A stretch of 64,000 bases of DNA from positions 41,337 through 105,336 of the IMG/VR virus record IMGVR_UViG_3300025137_000020; one strand, 5' to 3'. The position numbers and the translations under genes were made by a program. Under the pieces are notes generated by a model. It saw nothing but the letters and a program-made list of their open reading frames with translations, had not been told where the DNA came from and ran no database searches. The stretch is from a virus. This document shows positions 11,216-22,255 of this stretch, in pieces; position 1 is the stretch's first letter; the number at the start of each line of letters is the position of its first letter.

Positions 11216-14200
11216 TTAAAAATCAAAATCACCAGACTCAACTCCACCGTCTGTAATTTCTATTGATTTACCTCCACCCGAAACTGCTGTTACTAATAGT
11301 GTTCTGGCATTAGAAACTATGTTTGTCGGTGTAGTGTCATTAGGAGAATCATATTGTGCTCCTGCAAAATATTTTGTACTGCCCATAGTAAATTTGATGT
11401 CTGACGTATCAGTATCATTAAACGTAACAGCATTACCACTTACTGGATTCACTGCTATATCAACAATTGGGTTTTGTTGGTCTGATGCATCAACTACTTT
11501 AAATGTGCCACTCCTGCCTGTGCCAGTTACCCGCATTCCATTTACTATAGTGCCTGTTGGTGCTCCGGCTAATCTAATTGTAGTTTCTTTAAATATAATA
11601 GATTTACCATTCCCAATGTCGCCCGTAAGAGGACTACTTAATTCAATTGCACTCTGTCCAATACTAACAATTGTAACAGTTCCTGTTGGAAAATTAGCAT
11701 TTGTTGATGTTACCACCATTCCGGTCGATAAGCTACTCATACTATTACCGCTTTTGCCAGTTATAGTATGCACTCCCAACTTAGTATCTCCATTTATATA
11801 CGGTCTTTTTATTACTACATTATTTCCTAAATTTCCTGTAGGAGCTGAACTTATAGTTATCTGACTATTTGGTACATCAATATTGGTAATTGTAATTGTA
11901 CCAGATGGCCAAGTCGATGCGGTACAGGTTAACACATCGCCGATATTTAAATCTGCAATTGTATTTGTATAGCCATCTCTAAATCCATCGATTGCAAATG
12001 TAGCAGATGCTGCAGCAGTTTGATTTCTATCAAAGGTGAATACAGAACTTTTAGCAGTAGGTGCTACTCCAAATGTTCCAGTTGCATCTTCAATAGTACC
12101 AGTAGGTAATGTAAAGTACGCGTTATTCGCCCAAGATACATAGCATCTACTTAGTTCATCGCTATTAAATGTGGTTCCTGCAAAATCTATTTCCGGTCCA
12201 ACCGTCGCTCTACTTAAAGAACTTAGATTTAATTTATGAAATCCAATTAGCTTAACTCCACTTCCAATATTTTTAAACGCAGCATTCAATGTAGTTACAT
12301 TAGTCGTATCCAAACCTCTTACATCAATATGTCTAAGACTTGAACAATTTTCAAACAGTGTTCTTAAATTAGTAAGATTTGAAGTATTACTAATTCCTTT
12401 AATAGAAATGAAGTCGGTTAGTCCGGTACAACCTTTTAGTGATAATGATGCACTAGTACTACCACCTTGTACTAACGCCGAATTACCCAAATAGAATTTT
12501 CTTAAGTGTGTTTTGAAATTAGCTCGAGCTGCTGTTAATTGTATTGCAGTGATTCCAGTTACCGCCGCGGATGGACCTGAACTATTAATAGCCCCCACAT
12601 TAAATTTGTGGTATGTACCAGCCACTTTAATTATAAATCGTTGTGGTGATGCAGTTTCAGTATACACGTGATACAAATCGCGGTCTCTCGATGTGTCTAC
12701 TTGATTTGAGGTGCCGTCACCCCAATCGATTGAGATGTTATGGCCATTCGACGACTGATCTTTTTGGAATGGCAATATAATCATATTAGTATTAGTACCA
12801 CCAGAAGCTGGAATTTCAATTTCTATCAGAGTTTCGACTGGTGCGCCAGTACTTATAAGTGAGCCATTAATTTCATCTGAATATTCAATACCATTTTTAA
12901 TTTCGTCAATTGTCACTGAAAAGTCTTGGCCTTCAATAATATGACTGTAATTGCTAATAGCTTCATCTGCATTTAATATAGGTGTCTTCCAATTAATAAT
13001 TTGAATTTTCTTTTCATAATCATCTGCACCTAATTTATACTTAGCTTTGCCACTAGTAAGTTCTTCAATAGATGGTTCTAAGCCATTAACTTCATCGATT
13101 CGTGGAGCATAGAATTGTACTGGGTGTTCGGCATCTAATGGATTAGCATTCTGAAGAACAGTCAGCTGAATCTTAGTCATAGCAGAATTAAATTTCCAAT
13201 CTCCACGACTTGTAGAAGCTGGTAATGTACGAACTTTCAGTGGATTAGTACTTGGAAGATAGATACCACTATCTTCGTGGTCTGTAGTTCCTACATGCCC
13301 GAATGGTCTAATATGTCCGACTACTAAGAACCATTGATTTTCATTCAGTGGGTTTCCATCGGGCGATGAGGTTGTAGTTGAATTTAATCCAAAGTCAAAG
13401 TCATCTATAAATGTTGGTGTATTTATTTCATCACCGCTGGTAATGTTTATAGCTTCAAGTGTCGCACCAGAATCATTAAGTCCTTTCCATCTAAATACTT
13501 TAATACCACCGTCTGTAGTGTCATAAGGATTTACTCCTGCAGCGTATCTAACATCAGAAGCTTTAACCCATACTGACATTCGATATGTTTTACGTGTATC
13601 TACATCTACTTGTGGGCTTATAAATCCACCATCAGCAAAACTTATTACTTTACCGCTACTTGTATTAATAGTACCACTTACTAAATTTGCCCTGCCTATA
13701 AATTCTGTGCCGGAGGTAGTTAATGTTTGACCGGCTTTAATCTTAACTAAAATATTTGCTGTTTCATATACACCCGCTGCAGTAGTTTTACCATAATTAA
13801 CTCCACCATCCGTAATAGTAATTGATGTTGGTTTACCACCGCTTACTACAATCGTAGCTTTAGCTCCAACACCCACGGCATCTGAATCATTCGGCGAATC
13901 GGTTATTTCTACATTAGTGTATGTTCCATTAGTATATCCACTACCAGCTACATATCCTGTGCCACTTAAAAATATACTAGAAAGTTTTGCCCAGTCACCA
14001 TCTTTATTTCTGGCCTCCCATAATACATCTGTACTTCCAAATGGTGTTACACCTTCGAGCTGAACGTTTTCTTGCGTTGTTCTAAATGGAGAGTTACTTC
14101 CACTATTAAAGGCAATTGGGTTACCTAGAGCTTCAAAATTATTATTGGTTCCGGTACCGACTGTAAATGGTAAATTACCAGCTAGTAGATTTGATTCTAT

Positions 14201-17200
14201 TATCGGCAGCGCGTTTAAATCAAAGTCGCCTAAATTAGTATTCTTATCGCCTTTTACATTATAGAAATTAGTATCTGCGGGATGTTTAATATCAATTGCA
14301 ACACAAGCCTCATCATTTGTTTTAAGTGTATTTAACGAAATATCATAGTCTACATTATCTTTTAAGTCAATAATAGTTTCTCTTCTTTCGTCAATCTCGT
14401 CTTTGCCTTTTACTATATCAGAATCAAAACCTTCTTTAATATTAACGTCTTTGATATAGAAATATTCTCCGCTAGCATCACCAGTATACCCAGCATAACC
14501 ACGAAGTGCATTATCCTTTAGTGTAGTAACAAATCTAACTATAGGTCTAGGGTCTTGTTGAACAGAAGGTGCAATAAATTTATGAGTAAATGGTATCCAA
14601 TTGCCCTTTTCTGTCACAACTACTGGTTCAGTTCCATACGCGTCATAGCCGGCAAGATCGCCCGTCATAATCTGAAACTCGCCTGATAGATTTGAGAACA
14701 AAGGATTTCCAGTATCGTCATACACATATTGACCACTAATTTCGTCCGTAGCTCTTTGATTGATTCCTGCCATAACATGAATCTGTTCTAGTTTAGTATT
14801 TGTTGACGGTATATAAATCTTTCCGGTGACCTCATAAATCTCGCCTGGATTATATAATTCGCCTATTCCAAATCCACCAGACTCGTCACCGAGTGAAACA
14901 TAATGTAATACTGAAGAAGACGCAATATATTTTAAAGCACCATATTTACCTTTAGGTACGCCCAAGTATGGATTTCCGCTTGAATGATATTCTTGACCAA
15001 CATCCGCAGAATCTAAAGTTCTGTTCTCTAATGCAGGTACAATTAGAGTTCCGCCGTATTTAGTTGCGCCATCTGTGGCTGCAATACTGCTGAAATCTAC
15101 GGGTCTGTAAAATTCTGTATAAAAATTGGGGTGTTGATTTGTTCTTCCTATAAACCCAGCATCTGGAGCATCGGCGACTATACATTGGAAATTCCCTTGG
15201 TATACCCTCTTTCTTTTCTCGCGAACTTTAAAATTCTCAAGCTTCCAATTGTATTCATACAGTCTTTCGAGATCAGCGATTGCGGTATTAATTGCTAAAC
15301 TATTACCAGTCCTAGTTTGGTCTCTATCAACAATATGGTCAATTAGAATTTTAGGGTCATTCTCATCTGCGGGAATGTAAAGCTTATGTGTATTAGCGCC
15401 TTCTACAATCAGACCATTGTCTAATGGCTCTACTTTAACAAATCCACCGCTTCCGCTGATCCCATCGCCCGAATCTCTATTATAAAGTTGAAGTATATTT
15501 TCGCCAATAGATAGAAATTCTGATTCAAATACGAATAGGCTATAAAATTCACTCTCTGAAGTAATATTATTCAGCTGATTATTCTGGTCAGGTACTACTC
15601 TAACTGCCGTAGTAGATTTGTAATAGTCTACTGGAGTTCTTGTCCTACTTATCGAGTCGGCGTTAGTGTCATCAACTCTTAACTGGTGACCATTATGTGC
15701 AAAAGAGTATCCACCTTCAGCGTCTCCAATGTACAGATATATTCTACATATGCCTTCTAATGATGAGTTGAATTTAAATTCGTGAGGGCCTGTTCCGTGG
15801 TGTCCAGTACCACCCAAATCTGCATTTGGATTTCCAACACAAGAACTCGGGCTCGACCGACGTATTGGAAAATACTTTCCAATTTTACCGGCAGACAAGA
15901 ATAGATTCGCAGGAATATTTTTATCATTAATTTTAGTGGCATTAAACGAAATTTCATATGCCCGGTCTGATTCCCATCTAAAGTCATCCGATACATATGC
16001 ACCGAGCTCTCCTTTATTCACCGGTTCATTCGTAGAGAACTTAACATCTCTTGTTAAGTACAAGGGTCTGTCGTGAGTATTGCTTGCAAGCGCATTATGT
16101 TCAGTATTAATTTCACCATTACCTACAGTATCAACTATCAATGTTATGTCGGATAAACCTGAAAGATTTCCAATTTCAGCATTTGGAATGACAAATCTGT
16201 CGTATTCGTCAAAACCAGTTATATCAGTCAATAAGTCAATTTGACCATAGCTTCCGCCAATGCCCGCTCGATATGCTAATTCTAAACCACTACCAAACGA
16301 GCTTGTGATATCAACGCCATCTTTATCGGTTATAGTAAATTGGCCGTCAGTAAGTAATGTGTGCTCACTTATTGTACCAACAAGCGCTGACCTGCTAGCA
16401 GCTCCAGTTCGCCTAAAGCTTCGAGGTGTTGTAGCCTTAAGAGCTTGTGCGGAGTCTCCGCCCAATGATATAGTATTATTTAATTCCAATACTTCAATAC
16501 CACCGTTATATGTGAGTGGCGTGTAGTCAGTACTGGTTTCGGTCGCAGGAATTGGATTATGAGCAGGACTGTCAGAGGTTAACCTATCAAACGAAATACC
16601 AACTTTATCTGTTTCAGTAATTAAATATTTAACTTCTTCTTCGTCGCTTTTATTGGTTGAGTAGATATCTCTTACATCAATATTTGTAGGATATTTTGAC
16701 AACTGGTGAGGCAAAACATTATTGTGTAATAATGAATGTACACTCGGCGCTTCATTATTTTCATCTAAGTAATCAATTCTCGGTCTTGCGAATTCAATTT
16801 CATTGCCGGTAGTAATAGCTCTATACAAAAAACTTCTAATTAGAACCGCATTGGTGTCAGTGCCCAGCGAAAATTCTTGGATAGTTATACTAGAAATTTT
16901 ATTTTTAGTTTCAACAGAGTATATTCCGCCATCACTGTAATCATTATAGCTTAAGCTTTCAGCTTCCGTTCTTTTAAAGAAATTTTTATTATACGTGCCG
17001 TTACTGCCATCAGCTTTAGTTATATATCCAACTGCCATATACCATTTGCCTACTTCAATCCCATCTGGCAGAGAACTCAAATCAAAACTGAAAAAGTATG
17101 GATTATTAGTAGTAATTGTGTTATTCCGTTTCGACGCTACAGTTCCTCTTACACCACTACTTGTGCTGGTATATGGATAAGCGCCAAAATACAATTTGCC

Positions 17201-20200
17201 ATCGACCGCCTCATTAATTTTAAAAAATTGAATAAATCTGTAATCTTTAATCGCGGATTGGGTAGCTATAATCGGTGACTTGTATCCGCCGTTAGACCTT
17301 ATGCCCTCTACTGCATTTTTACTCGCGGCCCATACTACATCAATGTCTCCAAAGGGTCCAGTTCTAAATTCTCTAACCGACTCAGCATCATCTTTACTAA
17401 CACCATTCAAGCCAGTCCGATTCCATCGCCCAGTAACGCCATTCGCAGTAGTGTTAAAGTCACCGATACCCGGTCTCCACGGCAAATAGCTGGAAGATTT
17501 GAGTAGATTGGTTTCTACTTCAGGCGCAATATCCATTGAATGAACTCCGCTCAATTTAGAATCTTTCACTAAAGTGCCGACTGCAAATGTATTAGGATAT
17601 GTTTTGTTTGAATCAGTTGCTGGTGTAGGAACTACTGGAAGTGAGCTATTAGCAATTTTATTAAATCCAAAATTTGGGTCATGTTTTAAAATCGCATTGT
17701 TATAAACTGGTTTACCGTCAGCTCTTTCAATTTTTAAATTCTTAAATAGTGTACTAGGTACGTGTCCCTCTACTTTATTGGTAGTCGCGGGGCTGTAATG
17801 TCCAATAAGAACTATTCTAAACTTAGTTGAGGTTGGGTCAAACTTTGTAGACGAACGGCCAGTTTGATTTACGGGATATTTATTATATGAATATGGTGCG
17901 GTTCCAATTCGGGTATCAGCTCTGCGTGGATTAAATCCACTAAAGTTAGCAGTAAACGTTCTCGACTGCCCTCCAGTTAGATTGACACCACCGGCTATTC
18001 CGTAATTAAAGATCTGCTGCTCGTCAGAGAAAATTCTATTACCAGCATCATCAATACTGCTAACGCCGGCAAAAACCCTATTAGTTTTATCTGGCAATAA
18101 ATTTTCAATCTCTAATGATATATTGTATGTAGCATCTTCATCAATAGGTATTTCTAAAGGAATTTCTAACCATTGAGAATTACCATATAATACTAATCCG
18201 CCAAAGGCTTCGTCGTAATCATACCCGCCATGGTCAGCTCCGGTTTGCGCGTAATCGTTATAAGCAGTCACATATGGTGACCAGTCGTATCCAGTGAAAT
18301 CAATTTTACTGAGATACTTTGGATCGCTAGCTTCTAATTCGCTTCTGTGCTCCACCCAAGCACCATTTATATATTCTGAAACAGCTCCATTTGCATTAAT
18401 TCTTAATTTTTGATAGCCTGATGTGGGGTGAGCAATAACTACCGGATTACCCGTCAATACAGGTGTGTCAATACTAATTCTTTCTGTGCCGATGAATGGA
18501 TAATGTTCACATTTATCTGATGTAGTATATCTCAGTGATAATGACGGACTCACTTGCTGAGCATTGAGTGTCGACGTTAAAGTCGAGCTCGTCACTGTTT
18601 GAGACTTTTCAAATATTCTGTTATGCCTTTTGTCGTATACGATACATTGCGCAGTTCGCTTTCTGCTCCATGTAGTAGTCGAATTGCGATACTGAACACT
18701 GCCTTTGCTCTTTAACCATTCTCTTAAAAATGGTTCTCCTTGACTATTATTTCCTAATCTACAAGAAGATGCATCCTGAGTATATACAATAGCAATCTCA
18801 TTAGCTGAAATATTATCTAAGTGATTTACTAACTGCGATTCGGCGGCTTCGCTTTCAATGGTACTGTTGCCATACGTATCGTATGCTGCAGCCGAATAAG
18901 TTTTAGTAGTTGGATTGAATACTATTATGTTATGTCCGCGATTTACTTGGCCATAATTATATGTTGTAGCCGAACTGGTGGCTACTAATGTTGCGGAGCC
19001 AGATGCATTTTGAGTGGTAAGGTCTGGAAATATACCAGTACCTAGATTTGTGCCCGATAGCAATGTATTACCATCAGCTCTAAGACGGGCAATGTGCCAA
19101 GTTCCGTGTGTCGCTCCAGTTACCACCTCAGAAATATTTTCTTTCTTTATAACGTAAGTAGAATCACCGTCAGTGTGTCTGTAACTACCAAGCTTATTGG
19201 CAGAATATGCTCTATCAAAATCAGAGTTTGTTGCACTGCTTATTGTAATAGCCGACAATAAATCAAAAGTAGTACTAGGTCTTGCGACAGTTCTATCTGT
19301 AAAAGTAACGCCCCTAGCATACTCATCCTTTGAATCTAATTGTGTTCCCACAACTCTGAATACTGTATCTACAGCCTTTTGTTCTGCTGTAGCTGTTACG
19401 CCATTATCTGTAACCAATACGGAAACCTGTTTCTGACCATTTGGCAAATCATCAATTTGTTTAATTGATAATTCTCTTTCGTAGCCATCTTGACCTGTCC
19501 ATTTTGTACCAGCTACATATTTATCACTACCAGATTCCTTTAATTTAAAAGACAATTCAATTTCGGAATCTTTAGTAATCCTTGCGCCAGTACGTATACC
19601 GGTTCCATTACCATCTAAAGAAATATATTTGTCTTCGTATGCTAATGAATTAATACTGTTCAAAATAGCGTTATTGGTGTGTCCTTTTAGCGTAAAGCCG
19701 GCTGAATCACCATTAGTATCGATACCACCGTCACCGATTTGTTTTATTCTTAGTCCACTGTCGTGGTCATAGAACGTATCTTTTTTGCTATTAAAGTTAG
19801 GTTGAGTCGTTTTGTAAAATGCTGAGAATTTCTCATATAGAATAATTTCTAACAATACATTAAAGAAGTATTCCAACCAACCCGGCTGCCATTTTGGTGA
19901 GTGTTGGCCCTTTGCGACAGTCTGTTGAATAGCAGAAAGCCATACGCGTACACCATCAGCAACATTAATTCTTAATGGATCGCTATCTTTAGCTCGTCTA
20001 GATTCTAGTTCTAAGTACAACGCAGTAAAGAACTTTAAACCAGACGGGTGAATAAGTTTATTATAATCAGTATCCCATCTATCAACAGATAGGTTTGTTC
20101 TGATTACATATGAAAATTCTTGAAAGTAATCGCTATCGTGAAGTTTATTTACATCAGATAAAAATCCTTTTGTTCCGGCCCAAGATATTTTTCTAGGGTA

Positions 20201-22249
20201 TGAACTTCCACTGGAAGAAAGCCCAAAATTAGTTTCTACTATCGGGCTGCTAGCACTTCCAAACCCCTTTAACGCTGACGCGATAATCAGGTTCCGTCCC
20301 TTATTTGTAAAGTTAGTACTTCCATTATTATTAAAATCAATATCAATTATCTTGTTTAAGCCTGGTAATGACTTAGCGTTAACGTAATTTTTCAGCTCGG
20401 TGTCAGTACATACTCTATCATAAAAAGCAAACTGGTAAAAATATAATTCGCCATCTGGGTTTAAACCCTTTTCGCCACTTGTACCTGTTGAACCACTATT
20501 ATGGCAATACCCAAGCATCGATGGATATAGTGACATTTGATGATCGTTACGATCAATATTTCCGTTAGTTGTTGGCGTTATAGATTGCGGGCCGTTATCG
20601 GTCACGCCCGAATTTGTCATTGCAATTTTAACTACATCAAATGTAGTCATGATTCCGTTAGCTATTGTTGATTCTACAGTAATAGCTAATCTAATTCTCT
20701 GTCTACCTAAATTTGCGGTTTCTTGGAATGGAAATGCGCCTACTCCCGTTACATAGTTGTTAAATGTTTTACTAAAATCATTTTGATGATTACCAAACCG
20801 GCCAGCAATATTAAGATTATTGCTACCATCGATTTTAATAGAAACCCCACCGTCTTTACCTGCGTCTAGGCTTAGCTCATTTGCGCTTGCAAAATGAAGA
20901 TTGCTCGCGGCGAAAAGCGGGGAGTATTTGTGTGCATTTTGCTGGTTAGAATTATATCCAGCGGGTGGAGTAGGGTCTTTTCTATAATTATTTCCAAATT
21001 TAAAATCGATAAAGTATGTTGCTTTATTAACTTGCGAGTATGCACCCTGTTGGTAAAAAGCAATTCGTCTGTAATCCTCAAACCCCTTCTTATACCAGTA
21101 TTTTTCTAGTGTTGAAGATTCATCTGCAGTACCTTGGTATATGCCATCAGATGGTTTAAACAATACCTCTTTTGGATAAAATATAGAAGCAATCTCGTCA
21201 AAAAAGATTTTAAAGAAAGATTCGAGTGAAGCTTCACTACCCCGTGTATTATAATATTCTACAACCTTTTTATATAGTGAATTTCTATCTAAATTTTTAG
21301 CTTCGGGTATGCCTTTAGCAATTTCTTTTGATATTCTTCCAAGATAGTCATCTGTAGTTTTATCGATGTCGTGCTCTTCTAAAATTCTTTTTACCACATT
21401 AGTGGGTGAAGCAATAACATCACTGACTGTAAATATAGTAGTACCAAGAATATCAATTTCAATAACATCATCAATCCTGTATCCTTGCCCTGGTTTATTA
21501 GGAAAAACTGATACCGTTTTTCCCGTATCAACTACGATGTCTAATGTTAGGCCGGATCCGTGTCCGCCTATAGTTGGAACATTAGAAAAATTAATTAAAT
21601 CAGTTTTTGTCGGTGTAATCGCGGTGGTTAATGCAATAGGATTAATTGTCCCTTTTGAATACGCAGCTGACGTTGTGATGTCTGCAGTAATAGTCGATGC
21701 ACTTACGTGCTCAGACCACAATACATTTTCTAAATTGTCAATTTTACTACCAATTGGGTCAACCAACCAATCTCTATCATAAAAATCATATTTAACTTTA
21801 CCATCGAGTATTGATAGCATTACCCAAGTATCATTATAAGCAGTTCGACTAGAGTCGAGCCTCATTATAAAATACTCTGGCTGAATAAGACCTCTATAAA
21901 CTATAGTTCCTTTCGCTGATTGAGGAAAATTGCTCGCTACAATTTCTTCATCTGTCAATTTACCATATTGCTGATTATAAGTCGACGGGACAAATGATTT
22001 TACATCAAGTCCAAGTCGTGCATCAGATTCTTTTAAATCTGCATATTGAAGTTCTTCGCCAGAGCCAGTATTAATAATACTAATTCCGTTAACGACCCCA
22101 TCAATATTCATATAATCGTAATACTCTGTCAAAAGAGTAATAAGATTACTTGCATTACCTCTCAATTGCTCGGGTATGAGCGATTCTACGCGAGAAGACT
22201 CGTTATTATGTGGCTGAATTGCAAATGATTCAATGGCTTCGTGTGACAT
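11216..22249 (-). CDS. gp7: Baseplate wedge initiator gp7 with a very large multi-domain extension (3677 aa)
   Basis: gp7 core motifs LLTEYYDYM, EYYNTRGSEASLESFFKIFF and LHDSDYFQEFSYVIRT..LIHPSGLKFF within the first ~750 aa; lies between gp6 and gp8. Confidence 0.85.
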   Translation of the reverse strand: MSHEAIESFAIQPHNNESSRVESLIPEQLRGNASNLITLLTEYYDYMNIDGVVNGISIINTGSGEELQYADLKESDARLGLDVKSFVPSTYNQQYGKLTDEEIVASNFPQSAKGTIVYRGLIQPEYFIMRLDSSRTAYNDTWVMLSILDGKVKYDFYDRDWLVDPIGSKIDNLENVLWSEHVSASTITADITTSAAYSKGTINPIALTTAITPTKTDLINFSNVPTIGGHGSGLTLDIVVDTGKTVSVFPNKPGQGYRIDDVIEIDILGTTIFTVSDVIASPTNVVKRILEEHDIDKTTDDYLGRISKEIAKGIPEAKNLDRNSLYKKVVEYYNTRGSEASLESFFKIFFDEIASIFYPKEVLFKPSDGIYQGTADESSTLEKYWYKKGFEDYRRIAFYQQGAYSQVNKATYFIDFKFGNNYRKDPTPPAGYNSNQQNAHKYSPLFAASNLHFASANELSLDAGKDGGVSIKIDGSNNLNIAGRFGNHQNDFSKTFNNYVTGVGAFPFQETANLGRQRIRLAITVESTIANGIMTTFDVVKIAMTNSGVTDNGPQSITPTTNGNIDRNDHQMSLYPSMLGYCHNSGSTGTSGEKGLNPDGELYFYQFAFYDRVCTDTELKNYVNAKSLPGLNKIIDIDFNNNGSTNFTNKGRNLIIASALKGFGSASSPIVETNFGLSSSGSSYPRKISWAGTKGFLSDVNKLHDSDYFQEFSYVIRTNLSVDRWDTDYNKLIHPSGLKFFTALYLELESRRAKDSDPLRINVADGVRVWLSAIQQTVAKGQHSPKWQPGWLEYFFNVLLEIILYEKFSAFYKTTQPNFNSKKDTFYDHDSGLRIKQIGDGGIDTNGDSAGFTLKGHTNNAILNSINSLAYEDKYISLDGNGTGIRTGARITKDSEIELSFKLKESGSDKYVAGTKWTGQDGYERELSIKQIDDLPNGQKQVSVLVTDNGVTATAEQKAVDTVFRVVGTQLDSKDEYARGVTFTDRTVARPSTTFDLLSAITISSATNSDFDRAYSANKLGSYRHTDGDSTYVIKKENISEVVTGATHGTWHIARLRADGNTLLSGTNLGTGIFPDLTTQNASGSATLVATSSATTYNYGQVNRGHNIIVFNPTTKTYSAAAYDTYGNSTIESEAAESQLVNHLDNISANEIAIVYTQDASSCRLGNNSQGEPFLREWLKSKGSVQYRNSTTTWSRKRTAQCIVYDKRHNRIFEKSQTVTSSTLTSTLNAQQVSPSLSLRYTTSDKCEHYPFIGTERISIDTPVLTGNPVVIAHPTSGYQKLRINANGAVSEYINGAWVEHRSELEASDPKYLSKIDFTGYDWSPYVTAYNDYAQTGADHGGYDYDEAFGGLVLYGNSQWLEIPLEIPIDEDATYNISLEIENLLPDKTNRVFAGVSSIDDAGNRIFSDEQQIFNYGIAGGVNLTGGQSRTFTANFSGFNPRRADTRIGTAPYSYNKYPVNQTGRSSTKFDPTSTKFRIVLIGHYSPATTNKVEGHVPSTLFKNLKIERADGKPVYNNAILKHDPNFGFNKIANSSLPVVPTPATDSNKTYPNTFAVGTLVKDSKLSGVHSMDIAPEVETNLLKSSSYLPWRPGIGDFNTTANGVTGRWNRTGLNGVSKDDAESVREFRTGPFGDIDVVWAASKNAVEGIRSNGGYKSPIIATQSAIKDYRFIQFFKINEAVDGKLYFGAYPYTSTSSGVRGTVASKRNNTITTNNPYFFSFDLSSLPDGIEVGKWYMAVGYITKADGSNGTYNKNFFKRTEAESLSYNDYSDGGIYSVETKNKISSITIQEFSLGTDTNAVLIRSFLYRAITTGNEIEFARPRIDYLDENNEAPSVHSLLHNNVLPHQLSKYPTNIDVRDIYSTNKSDEEEVKYLITETDKVGISFDRLTSDSPAHNPIPATETSTDYTPLTYNGGIEVLELNNTISLGGDSAQALKATTPRSFRRTGAASRSALVGTISEHTLLTDGQFTITDKDGVDITSSFGSGLELAYRAGIGGSYGQIDLLTDITGFDEYDRFVIPNAEIGNLSGLSDITLIVDTVGNGEINTEHNALASNTHDRPLYLTRDVKFSTNEPVNKGELGAYVSDDFRWESDRAYEISFNATKINDKNIPANLFLSAGKIGKYFPIRRSSPSSCVGNPNADLGGTGHHGTGPHEFKFNSSLEGICRIYLYIGDAEGGYSFAHNGHQLRVDDTNADSISRTRTPVDYYKSTTAVRVVPDQNNQLNNITSESEFYSLFVFESEFLSIGENILQLYNRDSGDGISGSGGFVKVEPLDNGLIVEGANTHKLYIPADENDPKILIDHIVDRDQTRTGNSLAINTAIADLERLYEYNWKLENFKVREKRKRVYQGNFQCIVADAPDAGFIGRTNQHPNFYTEFYRPVDFSSIAATDGATKYGGTLIVPALENRTLDSADVGQEYHSSGNPYLGVPKGKYGALKYIASSSVLHYVSLGDESGGFGIGELYNPGEIYEVTGKIYIPSTNTKLEQIHVMAGINQRATDEISGQYVYDDTGNPLFSNLSGEFQIMTGDLAGYDAYGTEPVVVTEKGNWIPFTHKFIAPSVQQDPRPIVRFVTTLKDNALRGYAGYTGDASGEYFYIKDVNIKEGFDSDIVKGKDEIDERRETIIDLKDNVDYDISLNTLKTNDEACVAIDIKHPADTNFYNVKGDKNTNLGDFDLNALPIIESNLLAGNLPFTVGTGTNNNFEALGNPIAFNSGSNSPFRTTQENVQLEGVTPFGSTDVLWEARNKDGDWAKLSSIFLSGTGYVAGSGYTNGTYTNVEITDSPNDSDAVGVGAKATIVVSGGKPTSITITDGGVNYGKTTAAGVYETANILVKIKAGQTLTTSGTEFIGRANLVSGTINTSSGKVISFADGGFISPQVDVDTRKTYRMSVWVKASDVRYAAGVNPYDTTDGGIKVFRWKGLNDSGATLEAINITSGDEINTPTFIDDFDFGLNSTTTSSPDGNPLNENQWFLVVGHIRPFGHVGTTDHEDSGIYLPSTNPLKVRTLPASTSRGDWKFNSAMTKIQLTVLQNANPLDAEHPVQFYAPRIDEVNGLEPSIEELTSGKAKYKLGADDYEKKIQIINWKTPILNADEAISNYSHIIEGQDFSVTIDEIKNGIEYSDEINGSLISTGAPVETLIEIEIPASGGTNTNMIILPFQKDQSSNGHNISIDWGDGTSNQVDTSRDRDLYHVYTETASPQRFIIKVAGTYHKFNVGAINSSGPSAAVTGITAIQLTAARANFKTHLRKFYLGNSALVQGGSTSASLSLKGCTGLTDFISIKGISNTSNLTNLRTLFENCSSLRHIDVRGLDTTNVTTLNAAFKNIGSGVKLIGFHKLNLSSLSRATVGPEIDFAGTTFNSDELSRCYVSWANNAYFTLPTGTIEDATGTFGVAPTAKSSVFTFDRNQTAAASATFAIDGFRDGYTNTIADLNIGDVLTCTASTWPSGTITITNIDVPNSQITISSAPTGNLGNNVVIKRPYINGDTKLGVHTITGKSGNSMSSLSTGMVVTSTNANFPTGTVTIVSIGQSAIELSSPLTGDIGNGKSIIFKETTIRLAGAPTGTIVNGMRVTGTGRSGTFKVVDASDQQNPIVDIAVNPVSGNAVTFNDTDTSDIKFTMGSTKYFAGAQYDSPNDTTPTNIVSNARTLLVTAVSGGGKSIEITDGGVESGDFDF

Positions 22250-22255
22250 ATTTTA

